From positions 6,198 through 70,197 of the forward strand of contig JBJXHH010000131.1 in assembly GCA_046160675.1 (NCBI GenBank): a stretch of DNA of 64,000 nucleotides. The letters run 5' to 3'. The stretch comes from Chitinophagales bacterium. Lineage in GTDB: Bacteria > Bacteroidota > Bacteroidia > Chitinophagales > BACL12. This document shows, in pieces, positions 37,896 to 46,710 of the stretch (the stretch's first letter is position 1; every line of letters begins with the position of its first letter). The notes under the pieces were generated by a model that did no database searches, had not been told where the DNA came from, and was given only the letters and a program-made list of their open reading frames with translations. A program made the translations under genes and the position numbers.

Positions 37896-39398
37896 TTATC
37901 CTTTCTTGCTATATGAAATTCTCGGATCAGCAACTGCATATAAAATATCCGCAATTAAATAACCTAATAAAGTTAAGATTCCTGTAATGGTGAAAACAGT
38001 GATGATCATCGGGTAATCTTTATTGTTAATAGCGTAAAAGATTTCTCTGCCCATCCCGGGTATCGTAAATATTGTTTCAAGTATCACACTTCCACCGATG
38101 GCAAGGGGGAGGATGTTTGAAAATACGGTAATAACAGGTAACAAAGAGTTTCTGAAGGCATGTTTGTATATCACTTTGCCTTCAGGCAAACCTTTTGCCC
38201 TTGCTGTTCTGATGTAATCTTGGGAAATTACCTCGAGTGTTGAAACCCTGGTGATGCGACTAAGAAATGCAAGTTGCGAATAAGTGTAACAAATTGTAGG
38301 AAGTATCAAGTAAGGGAGGTACAGATTAATGCGTTGGAAAAAGTTTGTATCATCAGGAATACCTGTAACCGGTTGTACTCCTGAGGCGGGAAATAATTGC
38401 ATAACATGCGGATTTGCAAAAGTCATAAGCAATAATGTTGCAAACCAAAAAGCAGGCATAGAATATAAAATGAATAAAACAACAGAGGATGTTCTGTCGA
38501 ATAGTGAATTTTTTTTTGATGCTGCTTTAATACCAATTGGTAAGCTGATAAGATATGCAAGCAAAACAGAAATGAAAGTGAAGGTAAGCGACCAGGGAAC
38601 CCGTTCTTTTATTACCTGGGTAATAGGTAACTGTGTTTGATAAGATAAACCGAAATCGCCACGGATAATACCTTTACTATATATGCTTCCTTTCCCTGTA
38701 AGCCAGTTTCCATCCCCGAAAATCCAACGGTGATACTGATTATATTTATAAAAATGAACAGCAGGAATGTAGTTCTTCCATGTTGTTTTATTTTCAATCA
38801 TATCTGTATACTTTATAGATATGCCTTCAAGAAATGTTTTTTGTGGAGAAAAAAAACTAAACTGAGAATAAATACTTGCAAGTCCACTTAATTTTGATTC
38901 TATTATTGCCGGATCATGAGTAACTGTCAATGATAAAGCGTCGTTCTTTGATAGAGATATTGCGCTTTGCACTGCATTTTCACCGAACTGATTTATTGTA
39001 GCAGTATCAGCCTTTAATTTGTCGTAACTGAGGAGCAACTCTTGTACAGCATGGTGATATACTGAAATGTATTTCCAGTTTCCGTTTTGTGCAAGGAGCC
39101 TTTGCAATGCATTTTTTTCACCCGGGTCATAGATTTTATAAAGTGTATCAGGTGTGGCAGCATTACTTATTTGTATGTAAAAAACCGGCAGGTCAAGACC
39201 AAGCCTGTGTGTCCATAACTCTTTTTGTTCAATATTGTTTTGCAGGTTAGAGAGTTGTTCTCCGCCCCCCTGTGTTCTGTTAAGCATTCTATCCACAGGG
39301 TCGCCGGGAGCATTTATGCTGATAACAAATGCAAGAAGGGAAATAATGATAAGAGTAGGAATAAAAATAAGAATCCGGCGAATCAAATATTTCAGCAT
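37896..39398 (-). CDS. ABC transporter permease, peptide/opine type (OppB/YejB-like) with a ~230-aa extracytoplasmic insertion
   Basis: 500 aa. N-terminus MLKYLIRRILIFIPTLIIISLLAFV...PGDPV is classic OppB. The core has TARAKGLPEGKVIYKHAFRNSLLPV. A large loop lies between TM1 and TM2 (roughly 38612-39302). Confidence 0.85.
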   Translation of the reverse strand: MLKYLIRRILIFIPTLIIISLLAFVISINAPGDPVDRMLNRTQGGGEQLSNLQNNIEQKELWTHRLGLDLPVFYIQISNAATPDTLYKIYDPGEKNALQRLLAQNGNWKYISVYHHAVQELLLSYDKLKADTATINQFGENAVQSAISLSKNDALSLTVTHDPAIIESKLSGLASIYSQFSFFSPQKTFLEGISIKYTDMIENKTTWKNYIPAVHFYKYNQYHRWIFGDGNWLTGKGSIYSKGIIRGDFGLSYQTQLPITQVIKERVPWSLTFTFISVLLAYLISLPIGIKAASKKNSLFDRTSSVVLFILYSMPAFWFATLLLMTFANPHVMQLFPASGVQPVTGIPDDTNFFQRINLYLPYLILPTICYTYSQLAFLSRITRVSTLEVISQDYIRTARAKGLPEGKVIYKHAFRNSLLPVITVFSNILPLAIGGSVILETIFTIPGMGREIFYAINNKDYPMIITVFTITGILTLLGYLIADILYAVADPRISYSKKG

Positions 39399-39515
39399 GT
39401 TCTCAGATATGAGCTGAAAATTAGCATCAATTTCCTGAATAGTAAAACAGGTTCTTCACCTTCGAAAATATCGGGAACTCAATGCCGCCGAATTGTTGCA
39501 ATTCAGTAAGAATTG

Positions 39516-41393
39516 TCAATTGACAGGAGCCTGCTTTTGCATTCCAGTTTCGCTGCTTCCATAAAGCGACAACAGTTTATAATAATTCAGCACAACATTA
39601 GGTCTTTCAAATGTCATGTATTGGTTGCCGAATCGTTTATGAATGACATTGCGTTTCATTGCCTGATACATAAAAACATAGGGCTGCTCATCATACACCA
39701 TTTTTTGCAGTCGATGAATCATTTCAAACCTCTTTGTTTGATCTAAGGTTGTTTTGATAGAGTCAATCAATGCATCGCTTTCTGCATTCCCGAATCCTGT
39801 AAAATTTGACCCGTTATTTTCCCATTGGCTTGTATGCCATATTTGAGTAAAATCATCAGGCAAAGAATTCCCGGCCCAGCTTCCCATTGTCATGTCAAAA
39901 TTGTGCTGCCGGGTTTCTTCGTAAAGTAAATTAGAATCATAAGGCTTCAGATTTGCTTTTACGCCGGCTCTATACATTGCATCCGTTACTATTTTTGCAA
40001 TATCTGCTACTACCTTTTGGGTTGTCATATAACCATAATCAAAACTGAACTGCACTTTAACGCCGTCAATCATTTTGTCTCTTATATTATCCCCGTCTGT
40101 GTCTATCCAACCCGCCTCATCCAATAGTTTCATAGCAGCTTCTACGTCATAATTAATGAGCGGAAGAGAACTGTTGTATTCAGGTTTAAGTGGAGAAACC
40201 ATACTTGTCTGCCTGATTCCTTTTCCACTAGCAATTGTTTGAATTACTTCATCAGAGGGGGTAAGATATGCTATTGCCCGTCTTACTTTCGGGTCAGTAA
40301 AAAATGGTTTGCGCCCGCCCGTAGGTCTTGTATTCATTGCAAGGTAATTATAAGAATAGGTATCAATAAACCGGGAATTAAAATTTGCATTAAACTCCGG
40401 GTCTTTCTGTAATTCAAGCAAAGTTGCGGTGGTTATCCATGTTGTTACGTCAATTGCCTGGCTGCGTAACTCCAGCATGGTTGAGTTTTCGTCCTGGTTT
40501 ACTTTGAAAATAATTTTCTCAGGATAAGCGCATTCATAAGGGGTTGGATTTTTAAGTTTTTGCATCCAATGGTTTTGTTTTTTCTGCAGGATCAAACTTT
40601 GCCCACGGCTCCATTCTTCTACCTGGTATGGCCCGGCACCTTTCATATAGGCTGGATCGTTTCCATACTTTGCTACATCGTTAAACTTGTTGCTCCAATC
40701 TGTAATATCTTTTCCTGCTTTGTTCAAAAAATCAGGATCATCAAATTGTTCAAGAGTATAGTTGGCAAGAACATTATCAGGATCATAAAATTTCCTTTGA
40801 ATTATAGGATAATCAGTAAGAAAAATGACGTTTTGAATATACACCTGTTTCATAACTATTGTGAACTTCTGCGGATTGGTAGGGTCTGTTTCTATGTTTC
40901 TGAGCTGGGATATATAAGGTTTCGCATTAGGGTTATTCGTAAGGGGCGACTTTGCTGCTTTCAAAGAAAAGATAACATCTTCTAATGTAATGGGCGTACC
41001 GTCATCCCAGGTAGCATCATTACGCAGGGTATAAGTATAGCGCATCATGTCTGTAGATGTATCAGGCATGCTTGTTACAAGGTCAGGAATGACAGAAAGA
41101 TTAATAAGGTCATTTCTGAGGAGGAAGCAATGTGTATATTGATGTATCCAAGTTTTAGTTGCATTTACACTATTATAAGGATGTAAATGATCTGCCTCGC
41201 CTACAACATGATTCACGATTATATTTTCAGTGCTCCAAGTGGGCAAAATTTCTGTTGCATCTGCGATAAAAACATGTTTCACTTTGTCGCTTACTTTTTC
41301 GTCAGCCCTGTTGCTGCTGCCTGAATTGTTTTTGCAGGAGGCAAATGTGAGAGAGAACAAAACAAAAAAACTTAAAAGTTGTTCCAGTTTCAT
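39516..41393 (-). CDS. ABC transporter substrate-binding lipoprotein, family 5 (OppA/DppA-like)
   Basis: I prefer ATG at 41393 (MKLEQLLSFFVLFSLTFASC, a lipobox). SBP_bac_5-type sequence runs throughout (e.g. WDDGTPITLEDVIFSL). The listed 739-aa ORF extends over the divergent neighbour. Confidence 0.85.
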   Translation of the reverse strand: MKLEQLLSFFVLFSLTFASCKNNSGSSNRADEKVSDKVKHVFIADATEILPTWSTENIIVNHVVGEADHLHPYNSVNATKTWIHQYTHCFLLRNDLINLSVIPDLVTSMPDTSTDMMRYTYTLRNDATWDDGTPITLEDVIFSLKAAKSPLTNNPNAKPYISQLRNIETDPTNPQKFTIVMKQVYIQNVIFLTDYPIIQRKFYDPDNVLANYTLEQFDDPDFLNKAGKDITDWSNKFNDVAKYGNDPAYMKGAGPYQVEEWSRGQSLILQKKQNHWMQKLKNPTPYECAYPEKIIFKVNQDENSTMLELRSQAIDVTTWITTATLLELQKDPEFNANFNSRFIDTYSYNYLAMNTRPTGGRKPFFTDPKVRRAIAYLTPSDEVIQTIASGKGIRQTSMVSPLKPEYNSSLPLINYDVEAAMKLLDEAGWIDTDGDNIRDKMIDGVKVQFSFDYGYMTTQKVVADIAKIVTDAMYRAGVKANLKPYDSNLLYEETRQHNFDMTMGSWAGNSLPDDFTQIWHTSQWENNGSNFTGFGNAESDALIDSIKTTLDQTKRFEMIHRLQKMVYDEQPYVFMYQAMKRNVIHKRFGNQYMTFERPNVVLNYYKLLSLYGSSETGMQKQAPVN

Positions 41394-41424
41394 ATTCGTT
41401 GCGTTTTGTGCAATGTAAAGTAAA

Positions 41425-41432
41425 TACATTTG
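41425..41432 (+). promoter_or_regulatory. Bacteroidota -7 consensus box TAnnTTTG (TACATTTG)
   Basis: Exact match to the published Bacteroidetes -7 consensus, 47 nt upstream of the ATG at 41479. Confidence 0.3.
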
Positions 41433-41478
41433 AAGGACACAAAAAAAATGCAATTGGATTTTAAGAAACCTTTCTAAA

Positions 41479-42363
41479 ATGCAAAACATACTAATAACCG
41501 GAGGGTCAGGGTTTATCGGTAGAAAACTTTCTGAGGTTCTGCTTGCAAACGGGTATAACATTGCATGGCTAGGACGAAAAAAACCGCAAATCAATAACAT
41601 AAAAACCTTTCTGTGGAATACTGATGCCGGAACAATGGAAGAGGGGGCAATAAAATGGGCTGATGCTATCATACATCTTTCAGGCGAAAACATTTCTGAA
41701 AAACGATGGACAAAAAACCGGAAAAAGCAAATCATAGGCAGCAGGGTAAAAAGTGCAAGTGTACTTAGAAAATATCTGGAAGCTTCAGGAAAAAAGATGC
41801 AGGCAATAATTGCCGCATCTGCAATCGGGTATTACGGTGACAGAAAAAATGAAATACTTTTTGAAGAATCAAAACCCGGCACAGGGTTCTTAAGTGAGAG
41901 TTGCGTTTCTTGGGAAAATGCTACGCAGCAGTTGCAAAACTTTGCTGAGAGATTCATCACATTCAGGATTGGGATTGTGCTGGATGAAACCGGCGGTGCA
42001 ATGAAAGAACTTACTAAGACTTTTCCCTTTGGCATAGCCCCCGTACTGGGTTCAGGCAAACAAACGTATTCATGGATCATGTTAGGAGATGTTTGCCGCA
42101 TGTTCATGTTTGCATTGCAAAATAAAACCATACAGGGAGTTTATAACAGTGTGGCTCCTCAGCCTGTTTCTCAGAAGGAACTGATGAAACAAATTCTTAT
42201 AAAGCAAAAAAGAAAAGCAATACTTTTCCCGGTGCCTGCGTTTGTTTTAAAAATAATGCTGGGGAAGATGGCTGCCGCAGTTCTGATAGATCAACATGTG
42301 AGTTGTAAAAAAATTCTTGATGCCGGATTTCAGTTTGAAAACGAGACCATCATAAAAAAATGA
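41479..42363 (+). CDS. TIGR01777-family NAD-dependent epimerase/dehydratase (YfcH-like, with DUF1731 C-terminus)
   Basis: 294 aa with ILITGGSGFIGRKL Rossmann motif. Length and the C-terminal GFQFEN segment are typical of the family. Confidence 0.8.
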   Translation: MQNILITGGSGFIGRKLSEVLLANGYNIAWLGRKKPQINNIKTFLWNTDAGTMEEGAIKWADAIIHLSGENISEKRWTKNRKKQIIGSRVKSASVLRKYLEASGKKMQAIIAASAIGYYGDRKNEILFEESKPGTGFLSESCVSWENATQQLQNFAERFITFRIGIVLDETGGAMKELTKTFPFGIAPVLGSGKQTYSWIMLGDVCRMFMFALQNKTIQGVYNSVAPQPVSQKELMKQILIKQKRKAILFPVPAFVLKIMLGKMAAAVLIDQHVSCKKILDAGFQFENETIIKK

Positions 42364-42394
42364 GGCTTTCACTGAAGTGAAAGCCTCATTTTTT
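42351..42394. terminator. Bidirectional rho-independent terminator
   Basis: Perfect 12-bp stem tgaggctttcac / gtgaaagcctca with loop tgaa. It is flanked by an A-run (42352-42360) and a T-run (42389-42394) and sits between convergent genes. Confidence 0.85.
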
Positions 42395-42408
42395 AAAACC
42401 AATTTTTT

Positions 42409-43125
42409 TTAATCTTTAACAGCTAATTTTTTTGTTGCCACTATTTCATTTTTTGCATTCATGAATTGCACAAAATAAATTCCTTCAGGAAGGCTGCTAA
42501 TATTCATTGTCATTATCCCTGAAGTTGTAGTCCAGGCAGAGGAGCTTACAACTTTTCCAACTATGTTCACAATGTTTATTTGAGAAATGTTGCTGGTGTA
42601 AGATGCCAAGAGGTTAATATCCGATACTGCCGGGTTTGGATACAATGTGAAACTGTTTTCTGCATTAGGGCTGAAAAACCCAACATCTCCAGTAAGCATT
42701 GCATGAAATACAGCAGTGGCGTTATAATTAGCACTGTCAGCTATGCTGTAAAACAGAACTTCTACATGACCGGTGCCAGGTATTGCCGGTCCGTCAGGGG
42801 CATTCGTAGCATCAAACTTTGCGTAAACAGTTCCTGTTCCGCCGCTGGTGAGGCTGAAGCCATAGCTGGGGGCATCAGCAAATGGTGCCCAGCAAAGGTT
42901 CGGATCGCAGATGGAGGATTCCCAACCTGATGTAATGCTGTTAATCGTCCTTTTCCAGGTAAGTACCTGGGTTTCAGGTCCATTGTTGGTCAATTCTGCA
43001 TGAGCTTCTGCAATAGTATTGGCATCTCCAGTTACTTCCACCGGATTTGGGCTTAGGACTAAGTTTTGCCCAAAAGCAGAGGTTGTAACACAAAGGATAA
43101 GGAGGTAAAAAAGTATTTTTCGCAT
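42409..43125 (-). CDS. Small secreted protein with T9SS C-terminal sorting domain
   Basis: 238 aa with a signal peptide (TSAFGQ) and a ~140-aa Ig-like/beta domain. C-terminus FTLYPNPAVSDINL...GIYFVQFMN...KLAVKD is a type-A T9SS sorting domain. Confidence 0.75.
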   Translation of the reverse strand: MRKILFYLLILCVTTSAFGQNLVLSPNPVEVTGDANTIAEAHAELTNNGPETQVLTWKRTINSITSGWESSICDPNLCWAPFADAPSYGFSLTSGGTGTVYAKFDATNAPDGPAIPGTGHVEVLFYSIADSANYNATAVFHAMLTGDVGFFSPNAENSFTLYPNPAVSDINLLASYTSNISQINIVNIVGKVVSSSAWTTTSGIMTMNISSLPEGIYFVQFMNAKNEIVATKKLAVKD

Positions 43126-43130
43126 AGTTG

Positions 43131-45167
43131 TTATTTTATTACATTGAATTTGCCTGCCGGGCTTGTATTCACCCCGTCAGATAAAGTATAGAAATACATT
43201 CCGCTTTGCAGGTTGCTTACATTAACAGTGTGACTTACTGCGCCTGCGGGCACTTGTTCAGAACTGATGATCTTTCCTGTTATATCAGTTATTTGTATAA
43301 GCATTCCTTCTGAAATGTTGTTTAGTTCTATTATTGTTTCTGTATTTGCCGGGTTAGGTGATGCATTCCCCAACAGACCTTGAAGGGCATTATCAAAATC
43401 AATGCCTTCTATCAGCCCTTTAAAGTATTGATAGCTAAGATCAAGGATGGCGTTGCGTATATCGGCTTCAATAATTTGTTCTAAACCAATGCCGAGGTAA
43501 ACAGTTTTATAGCCATCAACTTCAGAACGAATGCCTGCAACATCATTGTCATTTCCATCCCATGAAAAGATTGGAATGCCATTATCATCAGCAGGTTCGA
43601 TCAGTTCAGGATAATAATTTGCAGGATAATAATCATCGTCAATGGTTGATGCTGCGGTAGTGCCGAACCATACATCAGATGCTATTGATGTAAGGTCAGT
43701 AGAGCCTGCATCATCATTCACAAATGTTGCATGCAGGTAATCTTCATAAAAATTCTTTGCAGCAGGTAAGCCATTGTCAGCATAAAAGTCTATCTCCCAG
43801 CCAATGTCCTGGCCTGAAATGAAAAGGTTGCCGCCGTTTTCAAGATAAGTGGTCAGGTTTTCCCGCAACTCATCTTTTGTGAGTGCCGGGAATGTCCAGC
43901 CTACATTGTAATAAACATTTTCAACTCCTGCCAGCGCACCGCCCTTCATTCCAGCATTAAACACATTGTCAGTTGTCATGCCTGAGGTTGTGATACCAGC
44001 AGCAGAAATTCCGTCTTCATAAAACACTTCATTTTCCCATGTTCCGTATAGAGAACCATCTCCGAAAGCTGAGTTGTTGTTTACGATCAGGTCAGTAACA
44101 TCCTGGATGGTATAATAACGCAGAACCATCGGGCTCCAGGTGGGTTCATCATCATTAGTAACGGTAACAGTATAAGAACCGATACCTGAGCCTGCACCTG
44201 TCATCACATGTACATGAAGAGGTATTTCGCTTAGAGCATCAGAAGTAACTGTTGAACCTGAGGTAATAGTCGTTCCATCATACATCAGTGAAGCATCCCA
44301 ACCTGCAGGTTGCTGGGCATCAAGAGTAATAGTGAGGTTTGCATCTGCATCACCAAGGTTGATCACATTACTTTCAAACATGCCACCCTCTTCAGTGAAG
44401 GTGTTATCTGATACATTCACTACTTCAACATCGGGATCGCCGGTGGCGCCAGAATTTAATATTTCTTTTGTTGTTGAATTCTGAACCCATGCTACAACAT
44501 AAATTTCATCATCATCATATTCTGAATCAAGTGGATAAGAATAATCGTATTCAATTGATGAGCCTGTTGATGCGAGAGTAATTACAACACCGCCTGTGCC
44601 CGTTAAGCTTTCCCGAAATACGTTTGGAAATTCTGTTTCCCCGTTACTTCCCGGGGCAGACGAGTAATCAATTAGGCCTTCTATTACAGCAGCTTTCAGC
44701 CTGAAACTTCCTGAAGGGACAGTGCCAACAGTTTGTATCTCGATGTGTACATTTCTGGTAGAACCAACAGTAGTTTCAGTAACTAAAACTCTTATTGGGC
44801 TGCTTTCTGAAGTCAGGTCATTCACTACATCCTGCGTAATGTTAACCGGGCTTCCGTAACCTACTCCATCGCCATACATATCCGGTACACCAAGCACACC
44901 ATAGTAAGTTACCATTACATCACTTTCTGTAGGGTTAAAATCATACATAGGATCTACTCCCGGCCAAGAAGTATGATAAGCGATGTGATGTACATTCGTT
45001 TCATTAGCTAGATAAACTGGATGGAAAATTGGATTCTGATCAGCGCACGGCTCGCATGATGCCTGCGTAAAATGTTCAAACAAAGGATATTTTTTTGCCT
45101 GGGCAAAAATTGTATTTGCAGTTAAATCAAAAACAATTAACAGGGAAACAACGTAAAACTTTTTCAT
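43131..45167 (-). CDS. Large secreted protein: thioredoxin-fold (CxxC) N-terminal domain, unknown middle domains and T9SS sorting domain
   Basis: 678 aa with a signal peptide. FEHFTQASCEPCADQNP carries a CEPC motif at 45045-45056. A GGNLFISGQDIGWE segment suggests a flavodoxin/GATase1-like fold. C-terminus SPNPANTETIIEL...GMYFYTL...KFNVIK is a T9SS sorting domain. Confidence 0.7.
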   Translation of the reverse strand: MKKFYVVSLLIVFDLTANTIFAQAKKYPLFEHFTQASCEPCADQNPIFHPVYLANETNVHHIAYHTSWPGVDPMYDFNPTESDVMVTYYGVLGVPDMYGDGVGYGSPVNITQDVVNDLTSESSPIRVLVTETTVGSTRNVHIEIQTVGTVPSGSFRLKAAVIEGLIDYSSAPGSNGETEFPNVFRESLTGTGGVVITLASTGSSIEYDYSYPLDSEYDDDEIYVVAWVQNSTTKEILNSGATGDPDVEVVNVSDNTFTEEGGMFESNVINLGDADANLTITLDAQQPAGWDASLMYDGTTITSGSTVTSDALSEIPLHVHVMTGAGSGIGSYTVTVTNDDEPTWSPMVLRYYTIQDVTDLIVNNNSAFGDGSLYGTWENEVFYEDGISAAGITTSGMTTDNVFNAGMKGGALAGVENVYYNVGWTFPALTKDELRENLTTYLENGGNLFISGQDIGWEIDFYADNGLPAAKNFYEDYLHATFVNDDAGSTDLTSIASDVWFGTTAASTIDDDYYPANYYPELIEPADDNGIPIFSWDGNDNDVAGIRSEVDGYKTVYLGIGLEQIIEADIRNAILDLSYQYFKGLIEGIDFDNALQGLLGNASPNPANTETIIELNNISEGMLIQITDITGKIISSEQVPAGAVSHTVNVSNLQSGMYFYTLSDGVNTSPAGKFNVIK

Positions 45168-45295
45168 ATTTCAATTGTATTATTTATTCAAGAGTACAAA
45201 TTTACACAAAAATCCCCTGTGTTCAAGCGGTTTTGCCATCTTTGTGTCAGATTCGGAAATAACAGTTTATCAAATAGTGTAGATTCAAAATAGCG

Positions 45296-46702
45296 ATGAA
45301 AAAAGACCTGCCCGGCGAAATAATCACTGAGTTGAGATCAATTGTTGGTGGGGCATTTATTTTCACTGATGATGAAAACCTGGCAAGCCACAGCCATGAC
45401 GAAACCGAAGACCTGCATTTTCTTCCTGCAGTAGTTGTAAAGCCCCGCACATCTGAAGAAATATCAGCCATCCTGAAAATTGCCAATGAACATAAGATTC
45501 CCGTTACACCGCAGGGCGCAAGAACAGGTTTGAGTGGGGGCGCATTGCCTGTTCATGGCGGCATCGCCCTGAGCATGGAGAGATTCAATGAAATACTATT
45601 TATTGATGAACGTAACCTGCAGGTAACAGTGGAGCCGGGAGTTATCACCCAGGTGTTGCAGGATGCTGTGAAAGAAAAAGGGCTGTTTTATCCGCCTGAT
45701 CCCGCCAGCCGGGGCAGTTGTTTCATCGGCGGCAATGTAGCCGAAAACAGCGGCGGGCCAAAGGCTGTAAAATATGGAGTAGTGAAAGATTATGTGCTTA
45801 ACCTGGAGGTGGTTTTGCCAACGGGAGAAATAATCCACACGGGGGCGAATGTGTTAAAAAATGCCACAGGCTATAACCTCACTCAACTCATGGTAGGCAG
45901 CGAAGGAACGCTTGGCATCATCACAAAAATTGTATTAAAACTCATCCCTCATCCCCAAAATGATTTGCTCATTCTTGTCCCCTTCACTTCCGCAATTAAA
46001 GCCTGTGAGGCAGTTGGGGCGGTGTTCAGGGCGGGCATTACGCCCAGCGCCATGGAATTTTTAGAGCGGGATGCTATTGACTGGGCGCTGAAATATATTG
46101 ATGATGTAACTGTGCATATAACTCATGATACCAATGCCATTTTACTGGTGGAGGTGGATGGAAACAACATGGATGTATTGATGCAGGAAATTGAAACTAT
46201 TTCAGGCATTATGGAACAACATGAATGCGGGGAAATTTTATTTGCGGAAAATGAAAGGCAGAAAACGGATCTCTGGAAAATGCGCCGCAAGGTAGGCGAA
46301 GCTGTAAAATCAAATTCCATATATAAAGAAGAAGATACCGTGGTTCCGAGAGCGGAGTTGCCAAAATTACTGGAAGGTGTGAAGGCTATCGGGGCGAAAT
46401 ACAATTTTAAAAGTGTGTGTTACGGGCATGCGGGAGATGGAAACCTGCATGTGAATATTATAAAAGGTGATTTGAGTGATGAGGACTGGAATAATAAATT
46501 ACCCGAAGCCATTAAAGAAATTTTTCAGTTAGTAGTTTCCCTCGGCGGAACTATTTCAGCAGAACATGGAATCGGGCTGGTGCAAAAGAATTATATGCCC
46601 ATCGCTTTTGATAAAACCCAGTTGAAAGTATTCAGGGCAATAAAAAAATTATTTGATCCAATGGGAATTTTAAACCCCGGGAAGGTGATTGATATTTTAT
46701 AA
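45296..46702 (+). CDS. FAD-linked oxidase (GlcD / D-lactate dehydrogenase family)
   Basis: 468 aa with FAD_binding_4 motifs (VTPQGARTGLSGGALP, GPKAVKYGVVKDYVLNLEVVLPTGE). C-terminal GTISAEHGIGL. Confidence 0.85.
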   Translation: MKKDLPGEIITELRSIVGGAFIFTDDENLASHSHDETEDLHFLPAVVVKPRTSEEISAILKIANEHKIPVTPQGARTGLSGGALPVHGGIALSMERFNEILFIDERNLQVTVEPGVITQVLQDAVKEKGLFYPPDPASRGSCFIGGNVAENSGGPKAVKYGVVKDYVLNLEVVLPTGEIIHTGANVLKNATGYNLTQLMVGSEGTLGIITKIVLKLIPHPQNDLLILVPFTSAIKACEAVGAVFRAGITPSAMEFLERDAIDWALKYIDDVTVHITHDTNAILLVEVDGNNMDVLMQEIETISGIMEQHECGEILFAENERQKTDLWKMRRKVGEAVKSNSIYKEEDTVVPRAELPKLLEGVKAIGAKYNFKSVCYGHAGDGNLHVNIIKGDLSDEDWNNKLPEAIKEIFQLVVSLGGTISAEHGIGLVQKNYMPIAFDKTQLKVFRAIKKLFDPMGILNPGKVIDIL

Positions 46703-46710
46703 ATTATATT

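Noticed and set aside
41394-41735. 114-codon N-terminal extension of the substrate-binding protein ORF (listed start 41735)
   Set aside because: The extension overlaps the divergent epimerase gene and encodes an implausible Cys/Phe-rich peptide. The internal ATG at 41393 gives a textbook lipoprotein signal.
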